NCBI GenBank assembly: GCA_025594325.1
Contig: JANHCV010000004.1
Location: 1,550,001 to 1,614,000 of the forward strand
DNA: 64,000 bases
Origin: Blastocladiella emersonii ATCC 22665
Taxonomy: Eukaryota; Fungi; Blastocladiomycota
Direction: 5' to 3'
Below, in pieces: positions 1 through 11,761 of this stretch; positions within the stretch are counted from its first letter, which is position 1; each line of letters opens with the position of its first letter. Under the pieces are notes generated by a model that saw nothing but the letters and a program-made list of their open reading frames with translations, ran no database searches and was not told the origin of the DNA. The position numbers were made by a program, and so were the translations under genes.

Positions 1-2537
1 TGCCGTACCTCTACACGTGCCGCGTCGGCGCCCACGCGTTCCCGCAGTGTCTCGTCGGCGTCCACCCGATCCTCGGCTCCGAGCGGGCCGGCGACGAGGA
101 GGACGACGAGCTGCTGCTCCTCGACGAGACCGAGCCCGCGTCTCCATCACCCACCGCCCCCGCCGCCGAGGCCGCCCGACCGTCCGATGCCGTCGCCGTG
201 TCCCCGCCACCATTACTCGCCAAGGCCCCACCACCGCCGGCCCCGCCGATTGTTCCCGACCTCGCCCTCGTCTCGGCCGACGGTACCCTGTCGACGGCGG
301 ACCCCGACGATACGCTGGGTCCCGCGGTCGGCGCCATCGTCGTCATCTCGGACCCGACGGGCGCGTCGTCATCCCAGTCGGCCGACCCCGCGTCGACCGC
401 GTCGCGCAACGGCAACGTCGTCAACAAGCGGCTCAAGATGCCGTTCGACATTGACGTCGAGGTCGAGGTGTCGCCGCAGACCGGGTTCGGGTTCGGCGTC
501 GCCGTCACGCTGCTCACCGGCGGACTCACGCTGTTCATCTACCGCAAGGTCCAGAACTACACGCAGTCGCGCCGGAGCAAGCAGCGCAAGCGTGCGGCCG
601 CTGCCGACGACGATGCCGCGGCGGCTCAGGCCACGCCCGCCCCGCCGTCGCTCTCGCAGACGCTCGCCATGTTCGCCCAGCAGCTCGTCATCCACTACCT
701 CACGCGCATGACGGGGCAGGGCGGGTTTTACGGTATGCGCTCGCCCACGTCGCCGACGGCGGCTGCCGCCGCGCCGTCGCCGTCCATGGATCCGCCGACG
801 TCGTCGTCGTGGTGGTCAGGGTCGTCGAGCTCGATCCCTGGCGGATTCAAGCGGCCGTCGACGCCGTCGGGTTCCGCAACTCCCGTAACGCCAGCAGCGA
901 CGCAGCCGAGCACGCCCGCCGCCGGTGGACCAACCCCCGCGCGTTCCGGGGGTGGAACCCCGCCGCTCGACCCGACGGCGCCGATCGTGCAGCCCGTGGT
1001 GCTGGCGGACGGGTCGACGCGGCTCGGCCGCCTGCTGCTGAGCGACCAGGTGCTCGGGTATGGGTCGCACGGGACGGTCGTGTACCGGGGCAGCTACGAC
1101 GGGCGCGACGTGGCGGTGAAGCGGCTGCTGCGCGACTTCTTTGACGTGGCGACGCACGAGGTGTCGCTGCTGGTCGAGAGCGACGACCACTACAACGTGG
1201 TCCGGTACTACTGCAAGGAGCAGTGCGACCGGTTCCTGTACATTGCCCTCGAGCTCTGCGACTGCTCGCTGGCCGACGTCGTCGAGGGGCTCGGGTCCGC
1301 CGAGGCCCACGAGGAGGTCCGCCGCGCGTGGAACCCTGCGCGCATCCTGTACCAGGTGCTCTCGGGCCTGCATCACCTCCACGCGCTCAAGATTGTGCAC
1401 CGCGATCTCAAGCGTATGTTCACCACTTGTCCTCTTGCGCGAATGCTAAGGCTCACTCGCTGTCGCGGTCGTGTAGCCCACAACATTCTCCTTGTTCGCA
1501 ACCGCCGCCAGACGTGGAACCCCGCGGGCGCGCGCGTCCTCATCTCCGACTTTGGCCTGTGCAAAAAACTCGAGGTCGACCAGTCGAGTTTCGGCAACAC
1601 GGCGACGCACAACGGCGGCACTGTGCGTATCTTCGCATTCGAGATCTGAACTCGAGCACTGACTCTCGCATATTGCGTGTAGTTTGGCTGGCGTGCGCCC
1701 GAGCTCCTGACGCACCCGACGGCGCCCACGACCTTCTCGTCGCACTCGTCCATCGACAAGTCGAACGCGAGTGCGAGCGGCACCCCGCCGCACTCGCCGT
1801 CAACGGCCACGCTGCCGCGGCGCCGGCTGACGCGCGCGCTCGACATCTTTTCGCTTGGGTGCCTGTTTTACTACGTGCTGACCGAGGGCGACCACCCGTT
1901 CGGCGACCGGTACACGCGCGAGATCAACATCCTGCGCGACCAGGGGACGCTGGCGGGGCTCGACCCGGCCGTGGTGCGCGACGCGCCGCTCGCACGAGAC
2001 ATGATCGGGGCCATGATCGCGCACGACCCCGCGGTGCGGCCGACTACGGGCCAGCTGCTCGTCCACCCGTACTTTTGGACGCCCGCGCGCCGGCTCAACT
2101 TCCTGGCCGACGTGTCGGACCGGTTCGAGACCGAGACCAAGGACCCGCCGAGCGCGCTGGTCCAGGTGCTCGAGCGCGGCGCCGAGAATGTCGTCGAGGG
2201 CGACTGGACGCAGCGCATCGACCGCAGCCTCGCGGGGAACCTCGGCAAGTACCGCAAGTACCGCGGCGAGTCGGTCGTCGACCTGCTGCGCGCCCTGCGC
2301 AACAAGAAGCACCACTACGGCGACCTCCCGCCCGGCGTCCGCCGCGCCCTCGGCCCGCTGCCCGACGGGTTCCTCGCCTACTTCACGTCCAGGTTCCCGA
2401 ACCTGTTCCTCCACGTCTACGGCGTCGTCCGCGACACGCCCGAGCTCAGGGCCGACTCGCTGTTCGCGGGGTACTTTGCGCCGTCCGCGGATCCCGCGGG
2501 CGGCGACCGGCCGGGTAACGGCGGGTTCTTTGGCTAG
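1..2537 (+). CDS. IRE1: IRE1 ER-stress sensor kinase/endoribonuclease, 5'-partial (exons 1-1413, 1477-1622, 1683-2537)
   Basis: TM helix (GFGFGVAVTLLTGGLTLFIY), then kinase motifs GYGSHGTVV, VAVKR, HRDLKPHNIL (rebuilt across intron 1414-1476), DFG and GGTFGWRAPE (across intron 1623-1682). The KEN RNase motif DLLRALRNKKHHY follows; stop TAG at 2535-2537. Confidence 0.96.
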
Positions 2538-2600
2538 GCAATGTGTGCTGGATGTATAATTCGAAATAGTTCTTAGATGTATAACGGCCGCTCCGCTCAG

Positions 2601-4752
2601 TCAGTCGCGCACGGGAATCCGCTCCAGCACCTCGGCGTCGCTCAACGTCGGGCTCCCCGCCGCCGCGTGCCCTTGCGCATCACTTCCACCACCCGCCGCC
2701 CGCCGCGCCGCGACCAACACGCTGGCCTCCCCGTCGTGCGCGAGCGACGCAAACTCGGCGGCCGTCACGCCCTCGCCCGTCGTCCTGACGGTCGCCGCGC
2801 CCGTGATCCGCGGCCCGCGCAGCGTCTCGACGCCGCCGAGCGACTCGTACCGCGGCGGCGGCCACCGCGGCCGGCTCGGCGCTGCATCGTCGTTGTCGGC
2901 AGCGAGGACGAGCAAGAGCAGCGCGTCCCACGTCTCGGGGACGCTGACCGCGGACGACGCCGCGGCCGTCACGCTCCCGGCCTGTGACACGACGACGGTC
3001 GAGCCGGAGCGGAGTGGCGTAGTTGGCGACGATGCGGTTGCGGACGAGAAACCGGAACTGGCTGTGAGCTCGGCGTTGAAGAGCGCCAGGCTCGGGTGCG
3101 CGGCCGCGGCGAGCGACTCGCGCTCGGTCCGCGAGAAGGTGCGGCCCGGGAGCGCAGCGAGGTAGCGCGCGAGCGGGACCGAGGTCGGGTCGGCGAGCTG
3201 CGCGGCCGACCACGCGAGGAACGCGGTGCGCGTCGCGCGGTGCCGCGAGGTCGCGAGGAGGTCGAGGATCGGGCTACATTGCGCGAAAGTGAGTGGAGGT
3301 TCTGAAGAGCGTGCCAGGAATGCGTACCGAGCGTGCTTGACGACCTGCTCGATACACGTCCTCGACCGGACGACGCCGAGCGCGGCAGCGGCCACGGTCT
3401 CGGGGTCGGACCACCACCACGCTTTTGGGATAGCGAGCAGCACGCCCCACACGCGCTCCTGCTGCATGTTCGCCTGTGCGCGCTGGAGGTACCCGGCGGC
3501 CTGGACCGCGGTCGCGACGACCGCCGCGCTCGACGCCGTTTTTGCGACCGTGGCTAGCCACTCGAACACGGTCTCGTCAGCGAGAACCGGCGCGTGCTGG
3601 ACGTGGTAGTCGCCGAGCGTGCGGGCGAGGTCGAGCACGAACGCCGCGATCTCGGCCGTTTCGTGCGGCGTGAGCGGGTCGCTGGAGGGGTCGACGAGGA
3701 CGTGCAGCACGGCGTCGAGCACCCACAGGTCGTGCGTCTTCGGGTCCACGGCGTGCAGCGCCAGCGCGAGGAGCGCCGACCGGACACCGGTCCACGCGTT
3801 GCACCGCGCCGTGTGCCGGTGGAATAGCGCGATGGTCGCGGCGCGGAGGAAGTGTGGCTTGTCGTCGAGAACCGGAGAGAAGACGATCAGGCGAAGTGCG
3901 ATGGCGAAGAGGGCGAACATGGTGTCGTCGCTGCACCGCGGCAGGCCGGCGAGGATCGACAGGAGCAGGTGACGCGGCACGTTGCCGCTGCCGTGCTCGT
4001 AGTACGACAGGACGGCGTAGAGCGCGGGCAGGACGCACGGCGAGGGGCCGCACTCGTCGAGCTGGGTCGCGACCGTCGATGCCCATGATGCTAGCTCTGT
4101 TTCGAGTTGGGGAACGTGTCCTGCGTCTACAACGCGCGGGAACATCAGCGCGTGCCCGTACGCGAGCACGACGACGTGACGTACCTCGAAGCATGCGTAT
4201 CAAGTGATGCACGGCCGAACCGTTGAGCTCAGCGAGCCGGAGCTGGTTCCGCCACAACCTCCGCATCCCGGCAAGCGCGAGCAGCGACGCGAGGATGTTG
4301 GTCCACGCGACGGCGTTGCCGGCCAGCGTCCGGTGCTCAACGAGAACCAGCACCGACTGGAGCAGCACGGGGAGCGCGGACCGTGGGCCCGTGGCGGGAT
4401 CGTCGTCCTGCCCGGGCAACGGCGCGGGTCCCGTCGTGTCGACGGCCTCGCGCACGGCATCGAGCCCGCGCTGTAGCGTCAGGAGCAGCGGCGTGCCGGC
4501 TTGCCGGGCGGGGAACCGGCACGCGGCGTGGAGCAGACTCGTCCACAGCATCCCCGCCGCGGCCGACTGGCTCAGCGCCGGTGGGGCGGGCGTCGATGCG
4601 GGCCGCGGCGAGGCGGAGAAAAAGTCGTGCGGCGCCGGCGGCGGCGCATGCGTCGGATCGTGGGTGTGGCCGTCGTCCTCGTCAAAGACGGCGAGCTCCT
4701 CGGCCAGGCCGGGCCACTCGGCGTGTCGATCGTGGGTGGTGCTGCTTGACAT
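2601..4752 (-). CDS. Uncharacterised ~697-aa Leu/Ala-rich, probably helical-repeat (ARM-like) protein (exons 4752-4185, 4126-2601)
   Basis: Two long ORFs are joined in frame by a 58-nt GTACGT..CTGAT..TTGTAG intron (4184-4127). Codon usage is host-like and no family motif was recognised. Confidence 0.7.
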
Positions 4753-5197
4753 GGGTTTCCAGATTCATCAAGTGTCGGGGCAGGGGGTATCCGGTGGGGG
4801 GTATCGAGGGCAGCAGCTGCTGCGGCGCCGATGTGGCGAGTTCCGTGCCGCGGGCGGGCATCCGAGGTCCCGCCTGCCCGGGCAGCGACGCGTGCGTTCG
4901 GCGCGCCGTGCGTGTGAGAGACGCGTCTCTCATGACACGTGGTGTGGCGGCGTGCGACGGGAGTGGCGGGCCGATCAGCCTGCACGTTTTTTTGGCCGGC
5001 CGCCGCAGCGCGAACTCGAACGAGGAGCGACCGACGCGGCGCGGGCAATTCGAGTGCAGCGCCTGGCTTCCCCTTCTCTCCGCCGAAGCATAAAACCAAA
5101 CTCGCTCCCTGCAACGTATCGACACTCTCGACTGCGCGCAGTTGCTACGCATCGCTCAGCCATACCCAACCGCCCACCGACACCACCACGCGTCACC

Positions 5198-6342
5198 ATG
5201 GAACGGTGCGTTGGGCATCGGGACAACGCGAGCTCGTGCCCAGCACCGTGCTGACGGGCGCCCGCTGCCGCGCCGCGCCGCGTAGCTACGAGAAGCAGGA
5301 GAAGCTCGGCGAGGGCACCTACGCGACCGTCTTCAAGGGCATCTCGCGCCTGACGGGCGACATTGTCGCGCTCAAGGAGATCTCGCTCGACCCCGAGGAG
5401 GTACTGGACCCCTGCGCGTTGCGGGACTGACGGAGCCCGACGCGGCGCTGACGCACCCCCCTGTGCACCGTGTAGGGCGCGCCGAGTACCGCCATCCGCG
5501 AGATCTCGCTCATGAAGGAGCTCCGCCACCCCAACATTGTGCGGCTGCACGACGTGATCCACACCGAGAACAAGCTGATGCTCGTGTTCGAGTACATGGA
5601 CCAGGACCTGAAGCGGTTCATGGACCGCCACGGCCGCCACGGCGCGCTCGAGCCCGCCCTCATCAAGTCGTTCATGTACCAGCTGATGCGCGGCATCGCC
5701 TTCTGCCACGAGAACCGCGTGCTGCACCGCGACCTCAAGCCGCAGAACCTGCTCATCAACTCGCGCGGCGAGCTCAAGCTCGCCGATTTCGGTCTCGCGC
5801 GCGCCTTTGGGATCCCCGTCAACACGTTTTCGAATGAGGTGGTCACACTGTGGTACCGCGCGCCCGACGTGCTGCTCGGGTCGCGCAACTACTCGACGTC
5901 CATCGACATGTGGTCGACCGGGTGCATCATGGCCGAGATGTTCACGGGCCGCCCGCTGTTCCCGGGCAAGACCAACGAGGACGAGCTCAACCGCATCTTC
6001 CGCATCATGGGCACGCCCAGCGAGCTGACGTGGCCGGGCATCTCGCAGTACACCGAGTACAAGTCCAACTGGCAGTACCACCCGGCCGCGCCCTTCACCA
6101 CGCTGTTCCCGATGATGGACATGTACGCCATCGACCTGCTGCAGCGCCTGCTCCAGTACCAGCCGCAGCTCCGCGTCTCGGCCAAGGACGCGCTCAACCA
6201 CGCCTACTTCTCGGACATCCACAACATCTACAGCCAGGCCCAGCAGGCACAGAACAACGCCGCCGCCGCCGCCATGGCCGCGTCACACCAGCAGCAGCAG
6301 CAACACCACGCCATGCAGGGCCAGGTTAGCCAGTTCCAGTGA
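5198..6342 (+). CDS. PHO85: Pho85/CDK5-type cyclin-dependent kinase, 329 aa, with Ala/Gln-rich tail (exons 5198-5205, 5286-5400, 5476-6342)
   Basis: [62 protein letters not shown]; two canonical introns. Confidence 0.93.
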
Positions 6343-6480
6343 CCGTCGCGCGCTGTGCCCCTCATGAATGTACATTTTTCTTTCCACCTCGCCCTTTATC
6401 CCGCTCTCAGCAACCCGTGTACACCTCCGTGAAGCAAGAAAGTAAAGTTTTCGACTAGACACGGTACTCCCGTCAGCTCG

Positions 6481-7970
6481 TCACTGCATCGGGTCCTTGC
6501 CCAGGGCCTTGAGCGCGGCGTTGATCTCGCTCTTGTTCCGCTTCTTCATATCCGCGAGGATCTCCTCCCAGCACGTCTTGACGTCGCGCTTGAAGCGGGC
6601 GGCAATGTGGAACGACATGATCCGGTTCGGGTCGCCGACCGTGACTTGCTCCTGCACGCGGGCGGGCAGCCATCGTCAGTTCCCCGACTTAGAACTTGCG
6701 ATCCACGTTCGAAAGAACGTAGCACAGCAGCAGAGAAACGTACCTTGAAGCGCTTGTCGATGAACTCGAGGACCGGCTTGACGTCGTCGCTCGAACCCGT
6801 GTAGTCGGCGAAGCACTCGCACACCGTGATCGGGTCCTTGCGGATCTTGGACTCGAACAGGTCTTTTTTGTTGTGAATAATGTAGCACGGGAGCTTGGAA
6901 AACGCGGGATTGTTGATGGTCTGCTTGAAGAGCGTCAAACACTCCTTCATGCGGTTCTCGGTCGGGTCCTCGAACAGCACCGAGTTGTACCCGGCCAGGT
7001 TGCACAGGAACAGGATCCCGTTCACGTTGTCGAAGGCGTGGATCCATTTGCGACGCTCGTTGCGCTGGCCACCGACTACAAAGTGGAAGGGGTGGAGTGA
7101 GTGACCGTGGTCGCGCGGCCATGGCCACGGCCACCGTGCGGGCGGCGTTTCGCCGTACCATCCACGAGCGTCACGTTGATCGGTGGAATGGGAATGTCGG
7201 TCTGCAGGATGCCCACGGTCATGACTCGTGCCATGACAATGTCCTCCTCGGTCGGCTCAAAGTCGTCCTCGGCGAATCGCGCAATGTGCTCCATGTAGCT
7301 ACACGGCGCTCGGTGTCAGTGGCGCGCGGACCGAGGGTTGCAGAGCGCATAGGCATACAATTCGACGGCCTCGAGGATCCAGAACTCGGACCTGCGCGCG
7401 TACGTCTGCTTGATCGAGTCGTGCACCCATAGCGCCTGCGCGGCGGCGACGAGGTTCGGGTCCACCTCCTCGTCGAGCTCCTCGAGGTCGAGCGCCTCGA
7501 TCATGCTCGCCGACGACTACACACGGGAAGCGGTGAGCGGGGTGGACCGAAGCGCGAGGTGATGAGCGAGAGTGTGTACCTTGATGTCCTCGCCATCGAG
7601 CGGATAGCCGAACGTGTTGGCCTGGTTGACGAGGATGGTGATGCACTCGAGGGCGTTCTTGCGGAGCGACCGCGTAATGTCCTTGAGCTCCTGCGGCGTC
7701 AGGTTGATCTTGTGGATCAGCTTGATCAGCTTGAGCACCGTCGACTTGCCCGACTCGCCGGATCCTGGTTCGAGACGCGAGTGAGCGGTGGGACGAGTCG
7801 TGCGACGACAAACAGCGAGGCGTACCGAGCAGGAGCAGCTTGAGGTTCAGCTTCTCCTTGTGGGCCGACTCCTTGAGCTCGGCGTCAATGTTGCGCGAGC
7901 TCTCGTTGCCCGGGTTCAGGCCGCCAGTCTCGGACGGGTCGATCTTGCCCCCGCAGCACGGCAGCGGCAT
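6481..7970 (-). CDS. Heterotrimeric G-protein alpha subunit, divergent, 376 aa (exons 7970-7826, 7764-7580, 7516-7359, 7298-7159, 7075-6744, 6651-6481)
   Basis: G1 GSGESGKST, switch I RVMTVGI, G3 DVGGQR and G4 NKKD are all rebuilt in frame across 5 introns; the helical domain is present. Confidence 0.93.
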
Positions 7971-9040
7971 GGTGGGGGGTAGTGGGGTATGGTCGGTCGA
8001 TCGATCGAGAGCGAGCGGGTAGCAGCAGTGCGCGAGGTAGTAGTCGATGTACAGTCCAGCCGTCAGTCTACGGGATGATGCGAGGCGAGGGCAGTGAGAT
8101 GACAGGTCCACGGATACATCTGAGGGTGAGGGTGAGGGACAATCGAGCGAGGAGCTATGGATATCGGGGGACCGGTGAAGGGGTCGGCGGCGGCGATATT
8201 GGCCGACGGCGACCCGAGTCGCTCGCTCCCGCCCGCCCGTGCGGCGAGTTGCCCCCGAAACAGCATGCATTGCAAGATCGGTACGGACGAGGTGCGGTAG
8301 TATGCGTTGCAGGAAGAGAGGAGGAAGGGGGTTGACGAGGCCAAACTCCCCGCGATCGGGTCCAAGGCAGCTCGGATCTGGATCGCAGCGAGGGGGTATG
8401 CAGGTGCGGGTAAAGCGCCTCCGAGATCGGAAACACTGAGGAGCGCTTGGGCGCGGAGGGTTGCGGCGTATGCGAGGTGCGAGGCGCGAGGCGGCGGCAC
8501 GGGTGCGCGCGTGTGTGGCGCGTGAAACAAAGACGATGGCGGCCGAGAAGGGAGAGCGGCGATGGAACCCGCGCGGGATGCGGGATGGCGCTGGGAGACG
8601 TGGTACAATTGGATGGACTCAAGGTGATGTCATGGAAGTCCCCGGCGGGTCGTGTGCGCGGGTGATGGCGGGGAGTGAGCGAGCGAGGCCGAGTTGTCCA
8701 GCGACGGGCGGCGGCGTGCGGGCTCGCAACGGAGCGAGGCGTTCCGAGACGAGACGCGTAAAATGTCTCGCACTCGGTCGAAACACCTGACGCGCGACGC
8801 GCGTGACAGGTTCGGTGCCCATTTCGCGCGGCGGCTCGAGACGCGTCGCGCCGCTTGAGACACTGGGCACGTGAGGGGCTAAGCCGCAGGCGGTATCTGA
8901 TCAAGGTTTTAGCCCCGCACTCACAAGTTCTCCCTCGCTCGAGGGGATCCGATGACGCCGATGGCGACGGCCGGCCGCCGACGAGGGCGGCTCTGGTCCA
9001 TCCTCCTCGCGCTGGCCCGCGCACCACATGAAGCTCGGCC

Positions 9041-11761
9041 ATGGTCGCCGCCACGCTCGGCTCACCTACTGCAATGCATCCGCCGTCGCCGGCCTCGCTG
9101 CCTCCCAGGCACCCGCGCACCTGCGCTACCGCCTCTCCCGCCGCGCTCGAACCGGTGGCCCAGTCTCCCGCCGCGTCCCCGCCCATGTCGGCGACGCCAT
9201 CCCGTGGCCCAAGGACGGCCGCGAGGACGAGATCAGTCACCATCACGGCCGACCCGGCACGCGACGCTGCCCCGGCCTCGGCCACGTCGCCGCTGCCGCC
9301 GGTCCCCGAACCGCGGCGCGGCCGCACCATGACCCGGCGGTCGTTGCGCCGGCCGCGGCCCGCCGAGTCAGCCGCGCTCGGTGAAATCGAGGACGCGCTC
9401 GCTGCACGTTCCACGTGGCTCCCGCAGGACCCGGCCGCCGATGCGGCTGCGTCCCCGACCGTGGTCGCCAGCACCAGCAGCAAGTCGCCCGACACGGAGC
9501 GGGAGGCGGGCCGGCGCACCTCGGCGGCGGTCGACGAGAACGCCGTCGGGCTCTCGCTCTCGGCGTACCTCTCGTTGCGTGATGCCGGCCTGCTCGGGGT
9601 CGCAGCCGCCTCGCAGCCCAACTCGGCCCACGCGCTTCACGCCGCAGTTGCGGCGTTGCCGCCAGCCGAGCTCGCGGCGGCCGCCGCGCCTGGACTCGGA
9701 CCTGCCCGCATGGCGAGTGTGCATCGGCGCCGATCGCGTTCCCGCACCGCAACCGGCAACGACCTGCAGCCGCTCATTGTGCCTCCGCCATTGCCTCCAT
9801 TGCCGGATGGCGCAGCAGCAGCAACAGCGCCCGGTTCGGCTGCGCGAGGTGGGCCGCCGTCCCCGTCGTCGGCCGTCGACAGCGGCGTCGCAATCGTATC
9901 CCCGACGCTGCCCTCGCCATCACGGCCGCTCGATACCCCGCTGCTCAGCCCGACCCGCGACGGCCAGTTCTTTCCCGTCCCGCGCATCCGCCGCGCCAAG
10001 AGCCGCAAGGCCTCGGTCGTCCGCACCCTCACCCTCGGGACCCCGCCCGGCTGCGAAATCGAGAGCCCCATGCCCGGCGGCGACTTTGGCGGCGTGCTCC
10101 CGCTGGGCGCCTTCGCGACGGGCGACGCCATTGCCGCGGGGCTCGCGCAGCCGCCACCACCCGTCCACGTCAGCCTCCTGCGGCGGCGGCTCACCGAGCT
10201 CGACTTTGCCCTCGTGTGCCCGACCCCGAGCCCGCGCGCGTTTGCCGCGCTGCAGACGCTCGACCTGTCGCGCAACAAGCTGACCAAGCTGCCCGCGGCG
10301 CTGGCCGAGCTGACGCAGCTGCGGTCGCTCAACCTCGCGTGCAACCAGCTGACGACGGTCCCGCGCGTTGTGACGGCGTTCGAGTACCTCGAGACGCTGA
10401 TCCTGTCGCAGAACCGCATCGACTCGCCGATCCCGTCGTCGCTCGGCTACCTGACGCAGCTGCGCGTGCTCAAGCTCGACGCCAACAGCTTCTGCGGGCC
10501 CGTGCCGCTCGCCCTGGCGTCGCTCGCGCGCCTGCGCACGCTCGCGCTCGGCAGCAGCACGTACGGCGGCAACCGCATCACGGCAATCCCGCCCGGCGTC
10601 CTCGGCGCCATGCCCGAGCTCGTCGAGCTTGACCTCGCCAACAACGAGCTCATGGCGCTCCCCGACGACACGTTCACGTCGCCGCACCTCCGCACGCTCA
10701 CCGTCGAGGGCAACCGCCTCGATACATTACCCGAGACGATCGCCGACGCGCCGCACCTCGTCACGGTCCTCGCCGCCAACAACCTCTTCTGCCGCCTCCC
10801 CACCGCGCTCCCGCGCTGCCCGCGGCTCCAGGTCCTCGACCTCAGCGGCAACGCACTCTGTTTCGTGCCCATGGAGCTCATCCAGGCCGTCCACCGCCGA
10901 CGCGTCACGGTCCTGCTCACGGGCAACCCGTTCACGCGGTTTCAGGAGGAGGCGGCCGCGCTCGCTGCGGCCACGGCGGCTGTTGGGCTCGCGGGACCCG
11001 TCCAGGACGGTCCGAGCGATGATGGCGACGACGAGGCCCCGCTGACGGACCAGAGCACGAGCGCCGGCAGCGACGACGGCGCCGACGACGATCCGCTGCC
11101 CCCGCCCCCGCGCGCCTTCGAGTTCTCGCCGCGCGAGCTCGGATACCTGCACCCGGAGGCGGTCGCGTTCGACGTCCAGACCAACGCGTACCTCGGGTTC
11201 CCCGCCGACGCGCCCGCGTGCTGGTGGCCGCCCGCCGACGGGCAGACGCAGCCGTCGCAGTCGCCAACGCCGCCGTCCAGCTCGGGCAGCCCGTCCCCCG
11301 CGCGACACACGTCGCCCGACTCGGCCGGTGCGGCGCACCCGGCGCGCGTCCTGACGCTGCGCGAGCTCGCGGCGCGCAAGTACGTCGAGACGCACCTCTC
11401 CTCGCGCGACTCGTCCGGGTACCACCACCACCACCCGCAGGTCGAGGACTACGTGCCCGAGCGCCTCGCGGCGCTGCTGCGCGCGGCGCACGACCCGTGC
11501 CCGCGGTGCGCCAGCCCTGTGGTCGGCGAGTACCTGGCCACGGTCGAGCTCGAGCGCGCGCTCGGCCACACCCTGGTGCCCGTGCACAAGCGGTACTGCT
11601 CGGCGCACTGCCTCCTCCAGGCGCCCGCCGTCGCGGAGCGGCCCGCTGCGAGTAGCGGGTTGCCGCGGTCGGCGTCGGTCGCGGCGCTCGCTGGCGAGGC
11701 GGCGTCCGCGGCGCAGATTCGGCGGCAGGGGTCGGCCGCCGGGTATCACTGTCTGTGGTAA
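9041..11761 (+). CDS. Intronless 906-aa leucine-rich repeat protein with C-terminal BC-box-like and Cys4 motifs (LRRC58/LRRC28/LRRC69-like)
   Basis: About 9 typical LRRs (LxxLDLSxNxLxxLP) at ~10250-10930, with a disordered Pro/Ser N-terminus. The C-terminus has TLRELAAR, VPERLAALL, CPRC and YCSAHC. The true start may be a downstream ATG. Confidence 0.85.
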   Translation: MVAATLGSPTAMHPPSPASLPPRHPRTCATASPAALEPVAQSPAASPPMSATPSRGPRTAARTRSVTITADPARDAAPASATSPLPPVPEPRRGRTMTRRSLRRPRPAESAALGEIEDALAARSTWLPQDPAADAAASPTVVASTSSKSPDTEREAGRRTSAAVDENAVGLSLSAYLSLRDAGLLGVAAASQPNSAHALHAAVAALPPAELAAAAAPGLGPARMASVHRRRSRSRTATGNDLQPLIVPPPLPPLPDGAAAATAPGSAARGGPPSPSSAVDSGVAIVSPTLPSPSRPLDTPLLSPTRDGQFFPVPRIRRAKSRKASVVRTLTLGTPPGCEIESPMPGGDFGGVLPLGAFATGDAIAAGLAQPPPPVHVSLLRRRLTELDFALVCPTPSPRAFAALQTLDLSRNKLTKLPAALAELTQLRSLNLACNQLTTVPRVVTAFEYLETLILSQNRIDSPIPSSLGYLTQLRVLKLDANSFCGPVPLALASLARLRTLALGSSTYGGNRITAIPPGVLGAMPELVELDLANNELMALPDDTFTSPHLRTLTVEGNRLDTLPETIADAPHLVTVLAANNLFCRLPTALPRCPRLQVLDLSGNALCFVPMELIQAVHRRRVTVLLTGNPFTRFQEEAAALAAATAAVGLAGPVQDGPSDDGDDEAPLTDQSTSAGSDDGADDDPLPPPPRAFEFSPRELGYLHPEAVAFDVQTNAYLGFPADAPACWWPPADGQTQPSQSPTPPSSSGSPSPARHTSPDSAGAAHPARVLTLRELAARKYVETHLSSRDSSGYHHHHPQVEDYVPERLAALLRAAHDPCPRCASPVVGEYLATVELERALGHTLVPVHKRYCSAHCLLQAPAVAERPAASSGLPRSASVAALAGEAASAAQIRRQGSAAGYHCLW

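Noticed and set aside
6240-6342. Poly-Ala/poly-Gln tail on PHO85
   Set aside because: Low-complexity tails are common in this genome's proteins and there is no specific signal.
8822-8830. E2F/MCB-like motifs (TTTCGCGCG, ACGCGT) here and at ~29812, ~34046 and ~43515, plus a nearby imperfect palindrome at ~8783-8811
   Set aside because: CG-rich short motifs are expected by chance at this composition, and the neighbouring genes are not an obvious G1/S set.
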